Positions 57,756-64,000 of a stretch of DNA of 64,000 bases are shown here, in pieces (the stretch's first letter is position 1; the number at the start of each line of letters is the position of its first letter). This stretch comes from Acidimicrobiia bacterium. GTDB lineage: Bacteria; Actinomycetota; Acidimicrobiia; Spongiisociales; UBA11373. The DNA lies in contig JAJCYA010000002.1 in the NCBI GenBank assembly GCA_029263095.1, forward strand, positions 32,511-96,510. The letters run 5' to 3'. The position numbers were made by a program, and so were the translations under genes. The notes beneath the pieces were generated by a model. That model saw only the letters and a program-made list of their open reading frames with translations. It ran no database searches and was not told the origin of the DNA.

Positions 57756-59583
57756 CCCCTCCCCCGTGGAGGACGCCGTAGAGACGTTTTGCGACCTCAT
57801 CAGGGAGAACCTCCTTCAATTCATCGGCCTCTGCCTCTCGAATCCGCTTGAGCGACCCAAAACGCCTCAGAAGAGCTTTCTTGCGAGTCGGACCGATCCC
57901 GGACACATCATCCAGTACCGAGTCAACCATACGGCGTCCTCGCAGCTTCCTGTGGTAGGCGTTGGCAAACCGATGCGCCTCGTCGCGTATCTGTTGGAGG
58001 AGGTACAGCGCCTCCTCGCCACGGGGTATCCGGACCGGCTCGGCTCGACCCGGGAGGTACACCTCTTCCATACGCTTGGCCAGGCCGGCCACCGGAATAT
58101 CGAGGTCGAGCTCATCGACCACCTTCATCGCCCGTGAAACCTGCCCCGCTCCCCCGTCGACCAGCAGCAAGGAGGGCGGATACGCAAACTTGCCTCGCTC
58201 AGCGACCGGCTGCTCACGTTCGATCAGGTAGGCCGTGAATCGGCGGTGCAGCACCTCCTCCATGGAGGCAAAGTCATCCTGGCCTTCTACGTCACGCACC
58301 TTGAATCGCCGGTAGTGGCTACGCCGAGGGAGTCCGTCTTCCATGACCACCATCGACCCCACGGTGTCTCGCCCCTGAATCGTTGCGATGTCGAACGCCT
58401 CTATCCGCAGCGGTGGCTCGGGAAGACCGAGCACCTCTTGGATGGATCGCAGCGCCTTGGCGCGCGCGTTGTGATCACTCTGTCGTCGCAGGCGGTGACG
58501 AGCGAACGCCTCCTTGGCGTTGGCGGCGGCCGTTTCCATCAGCCGACGCTTGACTCCGCGCTGGGGAACCCGAAGGGAGACACCTGCCTGACGCCGGTAT
58601 TCGAGCCAATCGGACCACAGTTCCAAATCTGAGGGAAGCCTTTGGACGAGCACCTGGGGTGGCGGCCGCTCCGATCCATAGGCCTGGCTGAGCATCCGTT
58701 CAGTGAGCTCGGCGGTTGTCACGTCCTCGACTTTGTCCACGATCGTGCTGAGACGTCCGCTGACTCTGCCGTTGCGAACGTTGAGAACCACCAGCGAGGC
58801 CTCCAGATCGTCCTCCTCGATCGCAAACAAGTCGAAGTCCTCCTTACGCGTGGAGGCGACCTCTTGCTTGGCCAGCGCCTTTTCGATCGCAGCGAGCCGA
58901 TCACGGTGCCGAGCCGCCAACTCGAACTCGAGAGCTTCGGAGGCGGCTTCCATCTCGGAGCGGATCGCCTCCCCTATCGATTCACTGTTGCCTGATAGGA
59001 ACGCCGCCAGTCCATCGACGTACTGCTGATAGACCTCGGGCGTCACTTCGCCGACGCACGGGCCGGAGCAACGTTCGATGTGGAAGAGCAGGCAAGGGCG
59101 ACCCGATGCTTCGTGTCGCCGGTACTTGCCATTCGAACAGGTCCGCACCGGGAAGGTTCGAAGCAGAAGATCGAGCGTCTGACGAATTGCGTAGGCATGG
59201 GCGTACGGCCCGAAGTACTCGGTGCCGGAACGGCGACGCCCCCGCATCACGGTCGCTCGCGGCCACTCTTCAGAGCGGGTTATGGCGAGGAAGGGATATG
59301 ACTTGTCATCCCGCAGCCGAATGTTGAACCGGGGCCGGTGCTTCTGAATGAGGCTGTACTCGAGCATGAGCGCCTCGACCTCCGTGTCGGTGACGATCCA
59401 ATCGACCGAATCGGCAGCCGCGACCATTGCTCGTGTTCGAATGGCCAGGTCGCGCGAGAAGTAGGAGCCGACCCGTTTTCGAAGCGACTTTGCCTTTCCG
59501 ACGTAGAGGATCGCCCCGTGCACATCACGGAACTGATAGGCCCCAGGACCGTCGGGAATCTCCGCAGAAGGTGGGCGCTGCAC
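57736..59583 (-). CDS. uvrC: Excinuclease ABC subunit C
   Basis: GIY-YIG (PGAYQF...LYVGKAK), NIRLRDDKSYP, RIEAFDI, LVDGG, RDEAHRFA, HhH GIGPTR. Confidence 0.97.
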   Translation of the reverse strand: MQRPPSAEIPDGPGAYQFRDVHGAILYVGKAKSLRKRVGSYFSRDLAIRTRAMVAAADSVDWIVTDTEVEALMLEYSLIQKHRPRFNIRLRDDKSYPFLAITRSEEWPRATVMRGRRRSGTEYFGPYAHAYAIRQTLDLLLRTFPVRTCSNGKYRRHEASGRPCLLFHIERCSGPCVGEVTPEVYQQYVDGLAAFLSGNSESIGEAIRSEMEAASEALEFELAARHRDRLAAIEKALAKQEVASTRKEDFDLFAIEEDDLEASLVVLNVRNGRVSGRLSTIVDKVEDVTTAELTERMLSQAYGSERPPPQVLVQRLPSDLELWSDWLEYRRQAGVSLRVPQRGVKRRLMETAAANAKEAFARHRLRRQSDHNARAKALRSIQEVLGLPEPPLRIEAFDIATIQGRDTVGSMVVMEDGLPRRSHYRRFKVRDVEGQDDFASMEEVLHRRFTAYLIEREQPVAERGKFAYPPSLLLVDGGAGQVSRAMKVVDELDLDIPVAGLAKRMEEVYLPGRAEPVRIPRGEEALYLLQQIRDEAHRFANAYHRKLRGRRMVDSVLDDVSGIGPTRKKALLRRFGSLKRIREAEADELKEVLPDEVAKRLYGVLHGGGDVVGVV

Positions 59584-59596
59584 GATCCCCAGAGAC

Positions 59597-59664
59597 TAGG
59601 TATTGGGCGCTGGGTATTGGGACGACCGGTCGCCGTCTACCCCACGCCCAACGCCCAACGCCTA
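59597..59664 (-). repeat. Inverted heptamer-repeat hairpin after the Trp-rich gene
   Basis: Minus strand TAGGCGT TGGGCGT TGGGCGT GGGG...CCCAATA CCCAGCG CCCAATA CCTA. Confidence 0.7.
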
Positions 59665-61800
59665 CATGTAGTACTCGGGTATGCAGTAGATGGCCAGCAT
59701 GTAGCCCATCCACGGCAACAGCCCCATCGGTATCAGAGCGGTCGACTTCCGGAGCCACATGCTCTGGCTGTAGCCGTGGTTGATCCCCCACCAACCGAAG
59801 AACGGCAGGAAGAAGAACGGGAACCACCCGCCCCAGAACGGAGTCAGGTTGATCGCCCACCAGAACCAGAAACCGACGTAGGCGACGAATAGACCCCACA
59901 TCCACGGCTGGAACCACGGCTGCCTACGGGGTCGGTACCACAAGTAGAAGGCGACCGGACCCAGCCAGAAGACCGGCAGCAGCAGGCCCCAGGTCGGTGA
60001 ACCGACCAAGAACATGAGCAGAGCCGCGACTCCTAGGTAGCCGCCGACCACGTACCAGTGCCATTGCAGCCACCAACTTCGGTGCCGTGCCCAGTAGTAG
60101 GCGTAGCCGGGGATGACGCCGAACCAACCGAGGAGCGGTAGCCACCACCAATTCGGCTGGAAGAACCACAGTCCCAGCAGCAGGAAGGGGATACCCACCC
60201 AGATCACCATGAACCAGGGAACCCAGCAGGACCACCATTCCTCTTCCTTGAAGTGATTGAAGATGGCGCAGAAGATCGTGAGTGCCAAGAACCCGATGAT
60301 CACGAAGCACCACCAGGGGCCCCACAGCGGGATCCACCATGCCAGGAACGGCAGGAATGTGAAGGGAACCACCCAGCACCACTTGGGACCGTGGATCACC
60401 CTCCAGCTATACCCGTGGCTGACGAACCACCAACCCAGGACGCCGAACCCCACCACCGGCAACCACCAGGCCCACCAGACCGTGAGGCTGATCACCCAGA
60501 TGAAGTTCCAGATCAGGTAGGCACCGGCGAAGCCCCACATCCACGGTTGCCACCACGGTTGACGGCTGCCCCGGAACCACAGGTAGAACCCCACCCACGG
60601 AACCCAGAACAGGGGGAACAGCAGGCCCCACTCGGGAGCACCTACCACGACCATCCCGACTCCCAGGGCCGCCAGGTATCCACCGACGACGTAGAGGTAC
60701 CACGGCTGCCACCAGGAACGTTTCTGCGCCCAGAACCATGTGTAGCCGCCGATGATCGGGAACCACGCAAGCAGCGGGACCCACCACCACGTCGGCCGCC
60801 ACCACCACATTCCTGCGAGCAGGAACGGTACCCAGGCAAAGATCACGATGAACCAAGGAATCCAGCAGGTCCACCAGTCGTAGGTCTTGAGCCAGATGTA
60901 AAGGATGGCGAGCAGCACCACCAGGAAGAGCGCGACAACGCCCCAGCACCACCAGCAGGTCTCGCTGGTGCGCTCTCGCGTGGTCGTAGAGGTGGTGGTT
61001 GTCGTTGCCGGCTCGGTGGTCTCGGTGGTCGTTGCGGCCTGCGTGGTCTCGGTCACGACGGCGGCCTGCGTGGTCTCTGTCACGACGGCGGCCTGAGTGG
61101 TCTCGGTCACGACGGCAGCCTGAGTGGTCTCGGTCACGACAGCGGCCTGCGTCGTCTCGGTCACGACGGGAGTGGCCTCTACCGGCACCCCACGCGATGT
61201 GTCGTAGACCGGCATCTCTCCGTGATACCCAAAACAGTCACCTTGAGGCTCAATGGTGATGCCGGTGAAGATGCTGGTCGTCGACTCGAAGCCGGCATCC
61301 TCGGTCCGCATGTGACCTGATGTCAGCTCGAGGTCTACAGCCGTATGACCGTTGATTGGGACACCCGAATCGACCAGTAGGGACCCGTTGGACATGATGC
61401 GCCACTCGCCGCCGACCTCGGGTCCCGCGGCGAAGGGGGCAGAATTCTGAGCGTACCCCTCCGACACGCCGTCATGGCGTTGGGTGCCGAACAAGTGGTC
61501 GAGCGTAAACACCTGTACGAACCAGGAGAAGTAGTCGGGCGGGACTCCCCCCGCCCAAGGAGCGGTCGGAAGGAGGTAGAGACATAGCGTTCCCGTTGGC
61601 GACGACATGGCCATGGCACTCTCGAACACGAAGCGTGGGTCGAGGCCAGCTTCCCCTACTGTCTGAGCAGCAAACAGTGCGGGTTGGGCACTCGGAACCG
61701 GGCCCGGATCGGCGGCGCTTGCCACTACCGCTCCACTCCCCAACACCGTAGACATAACGGTTGCGGTCAAGAACAACCGCAAACTGCGCGAACGTCGCAC
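59662..61800 (-). CDS. Extremely Trp-rich polytopic membrane protein with ectodomain and Thr stalk (function unknown)
   Basis: 712-aa ORF, GAGGGAGG RBS, signal peptide, repeat stalk, C-terminal ~435 aa with ~75 Trp (hand count) and a 213-aa internal duplication. Confidence 0.88.
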   Translation of the reverse strand: MRRSRSLRLFLTATVMSTVLGSGAVVASAADPGPVPSAQPALFAAQTVGEAGLDPRFVFESAMAMSSPTGTLCLYLLPTAPWAGGVPPDYFSWFVQVFTLDHLFGTQRHDGVSEGYAQNSAPFAAGPEVGGEWRIMSNGSLLVDSGVPINGHTAVDLELTSGHMRTEDAGFESTTSIFTGITIEPQGDCFGYHGEMPVYDTSRGVPVEATPVVTETTQAAVVTETTQAAVVTETTQAAVVTETTQAAVVTETTQAATTTETTEPATTTTTSTTTRERTSETCWWCWGVVALFLVVLLAILYIWLKTYDWWTCWIPWFIVIFAWVPFLLAGMWWWRPTWWWVPLLAWFPIIGGYTWFWAQKRSWWQPWYLYVVGGYLAALGVGMVVVGAPEWGLLFPLFWVPWVGFYLWFRGSRQPWWQPWMWGFAGAYLIWNFIWVISLTVWWAWWLPVVGFGVLGWWFVSHGYSWRVIHGPKWCWVVPFTFLPFLAWWIPLWGPWWCFVIIGFLALTIFCAIFNHFKEEEWWSCWVPWFMVIWVGIPFLLLGLWFFQPNWWWLPLLGWFGVIPGYAYYWARHRSWWLQWHWYVVGGYLGVAALLMFLVGSPTWGLLLPVFWLGPVAFYLWYRPRRQPWFQPWMWGLFVAYVGFWFWWAINLTPFWGGWFPFFFLPFFGWWGINHGYSQSMWLRKSTALIPMGLLPWMGYMLAIYCIPEYYM
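61033..61167. repeat. 27-bp tandem repeat x5 encoding VVTETTQAA
   Basis: Five near-identical units differing at synonymous positions, plus a degenerate sixth (TTTETTEPA). Confidence 0.9.
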
Positions 61801-61862
61801 TCCAGCCCTCCCTCAGAGACGAGTGCGAGTCTAGGTGCGGGGACAGTCGGCGTGCCGGGCGA

Positions 61863-62534
61863 TCAACGCCTCCACTTGGCCCCGATCAGTCGAGGAATCT
61901 GCGTTTGTGCTGCCAGCAGAGGATCTCCCGCGGGGTCGAGCGCGCGCTCGACGAGGCGTTCGAGTCGCCAACCTGCGTCGGCCGCGGCGGTCAGAAGATC
62001 ACCAAACGACCGGTGGTGAAAGACGACGGAGCTCGTTCCAGCCGGTTCGTTGGAGAATCCTCGGTCGAAGTACTCGCCCCACCGCCACAACACCTCACCG
62101 TCGCCGGGGTCTACGAACGGTCCCGACCCTGGAGCCGAGAAGACCGGATGGTTGGCCACCACGGCGAGTGTCCCGCCCGGGGCGACGACTCGGGCCGCCT
62201 CGGCAAAGAAGGGTTCCGGATCGGCAATGTGCTCCAGCACAAGCACGGCAAACGCGGCGGTCATGGCATCGGCCGCCAACGGAAGGTGTCCGACGTCCGC
62301 CACTACAGCCGGTCCTCGCACGGCCGCTACTCGCACAAGGTCGCGAGACACATCTACGCCGACTGCGCCGTACTGTTGCAGAAGCCGACCATCGCCACAC
62401 CCGAGATCAAGAGTCAAACCGCCGACGACACCGTCGAGCAGCTCGGCAAGGAGCGGATCGACATCGCGACGGTACGCCGGATCGCCTTCGACCTCTCCCT
62501 GCCACCAAGCGGCGGTCGGGCCGTCCCAGGTCAC
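61863..62534 (-). CDS. Class I SAM-dependent methyltransferase
   Basis: [33 protein letters not shown]; GTGA overlap with the uvrA stop. Confidence 0.88.
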   Translation of the reverse strand: MTWDGPTAAWWQGEVEGDPAYRRDVDPLLAELLDGVVGGLTLDLGCGDGRLLQQYGAVGVDVSRDLVRVAAVRGPAVVADVGHLPLAADAMTAAFAVLVLEHIADPEPFFAEAARVVAPGGTLAVVANHPVFSAPGSGPFVDPGDGEVLWRWGEYFDRGFSNEPAGTSSVVFHHRSFGDLLTAAADAGWRLERLVERALDPAGDPLLAAQTQIPRLIGAKWRR

Positions 62535-64000
62535 CCCGAGAGAACCTCTCGCAGGAACTTGCCGGTATACGACTCGGGCACCGCAGCCACGACTTCCGGG
62601 CTCCCGGAAGCCACCACACGCCCGCCCTCGGCCCCGCCCTCAGGGCCCAGGTCGACAATCCAGTCGGCCGACTTGACCACGTCCAGGTTGTGCTCGATGA
62701 CCAGGACGGTGTTTCCGGCATCCACGAGCCGCTGCAGAACCATCAGCAGCTTGCGCACGTCCTCGAAGTGGAGACCGGTGGTGGGTTCATCGAGGATGTA
62801 GAACGTGCTGCCGGTGGAGCGCTTGCCCAACTCGCTCGCGAGCTTTACGCGCTGAGCCTCGCCGCCAGAAAGAGTCGGTGCCGACTGCCCAAGGCGGATA
62901 TACCCCAACCCGACGTCGAAGAGTGTCTGGAGGACGCGGGCGATCGGCGGCTGGTTCCCGAAGAACGCCAACGCCTCCTCGACCGACATCTCCAGTACGT
63001 CGGCGATCGAATGGCCTTTCCACAGGATCTCCAAGGTCTCCCGGTTGTAGCGCCGGCCCTTGCACTGCTCACAAGGGATGTACACATCGGGAAGGAAGTG
63101 CATCTCGATCTTGATGGTTCCGTCGCCCTTGCACGCCTCGCAACGGCCCCCTGCGACGTTGAATGAGAATCTGCCGGGCTTGTATCCGCGGGCCTTTGAC
63201 TCGGGAACCGAGGCAAAGAGGCCTCGAATCCGATCGAACAACTTGGTATAGGTCGCGGCGTTGCTGCGCGGTGTCCGCCCAATGGGTGACTGGTCGATGT
63301 TGATCACCTTGTCGATCTGATCGAGACCCTCGACCCGCTTGTGCGCGCCCGGGAGGTGCTTCGAGCGGTACAACTCGAAGTGCAGCGCCTTGGACAGGAT
63401 CTCCTCCACCAGCGTCGACTTCCCGCTGCCGGACACGCCCGTGACGGAGATGAACAATCCCAACGGAAATTCGACATCTATCTCTTGGAGGTTGTTTTCT
63501 GCGGCGCCGAGGACCCTGATCGACCTCTCGTCGGCCGGGCGCCGATGCTCGGGGAGGGGAATGCTGCGGCGACCAGCCAGGTAGTCGCCCGTTATCGAAG
63601 CTTCCTCGCCGATGATCGCCTCCAAGCTCCCCTCGGCAACTATGTGGCCGCCGTGTTCGCCTGCCCCAGGTCCGATATCCACGATGTGATCGGCAATCCG
63701 GATCGTCTCCTCATCGTGCTCGACGACCACGACGGTATTGCCTAGATCGCGCAGTCGTAGCAGCGTCTCGATCAGGCGTTGATTGTCACGCTGGTGCAAG
63801 CCGATCGACGGTTCATCGAGGATGTAGAGGACCCCCACTAATCCCGACCCGATCTGAGTGGCGAGGCGGATCCGCTGCGCCTCGCCACCGGCCAGCGTCG
63901 CCGCCGAACGAGCAAGCGTGAGATAGTCCAAACCGACGTCGAGCAGGAACGCCAGGCGGGCACCGACTTCCTTGAGGATCGCCTCGGCGATCTTGTGGTC
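62531..64000 (-). CDS. uvrA: Excinuclease ABC subunit A (5' part outside the window)
   Basis: [46 protein letters not shown]...[18 protein letters not shown]. Confidence 0.97.
   Translation of the reverse strand, partial: DHKIAEAILKEVGARLAFLLDVGLDYLTLARSAATLAGGEAQRIRLATQIGSGLVGVLYILDEPSIGLHQRDNQRLIETLLRLRDLGNTVVVVEHDEETIRIADHIVDIGPGAGEHGGHIVAEGSLEAIIGEEASITGDYLAGRRSIPLPEHRRPADERSIRVLGAAENNLQEIDVEFPLGLFISVTGVSGSGKSTLVEEILSKALHFELYRSKHLPGAHKRVEGLDQIDKVINIDQSPIGRTPRSNAATYTKLFDRIRGLFASVPESKARGYKPGRFSFNVAGGRCEACKGDGTIKIEMHFLPDVYIPCEQCKGRRYNRETLEILWKGHSIADVLEMSVEEALAFFGNQPPIARVLQTLFDVGLGYIRLGQSAPTLSGGEAQRVKLASELGKRSTGSTFYILDEPTTGLHFEDVRKLLMVLQRLVDAGNTVLVIEHNLDVVKSADWIVDLGPEGGAEGGRVVASGSPEVVAAVPESYTGKFLREVLSG

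Noticed and set aside
61006-61167. 27-bp tandem repeats as a possible CRISPR array
   Set aside because: No unique spacers, in-frame coding repeat with synonymous variation, and no cas genes in the window.

Overview
High-GC bacterial chromosome segment. The gene set points to an actinobacterium, probably Acidimicrobiia-like (inference): proteasome ATPase arc with trmI, MprAB-like two-component system, F420-dependent nitroreductase, DUF222/HNH, many leaderless starts. Both ends are core genome: arc-ferredoxin-trmI on the left, and uvrA-uvrC-ogt-rapZ-yvcK-pgk-tpiA-gpmA-secG-oppABCDF-tRNA-Leu(GAG) on the right. The middle is an accessory stretch rich in Thr/Pro-stalked secreted proteins and lipoproteins, with two ECF sigma modules. 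Highlights: (1) a 712-aa membrane protein between uvrA and uvrC whose ~435-aa C-terminal part is ~17% Trp and internally duplicated; (2) a degraded tandem integration array at the tRNA-Leu 3' end, with tRNA fragments, a repeated 70-bp double hairpin and putative recombinase C-terminal remnants, carrying a B12-radical SAM gene plus a 107-aa partner ORF (candidate RiPP/protein-modification pair) and an O-methyltransferase; (3) a TGTCAYA-N17-CGAGT motif shared by both ECF genes; (4) an 11-bp-periodic 4x repeat upstream of the MprA-like regulator; (5) whiA and gap missing from the usual actinobacterial cluster. All family calls come from motif recognition by eye; no database searches were run.
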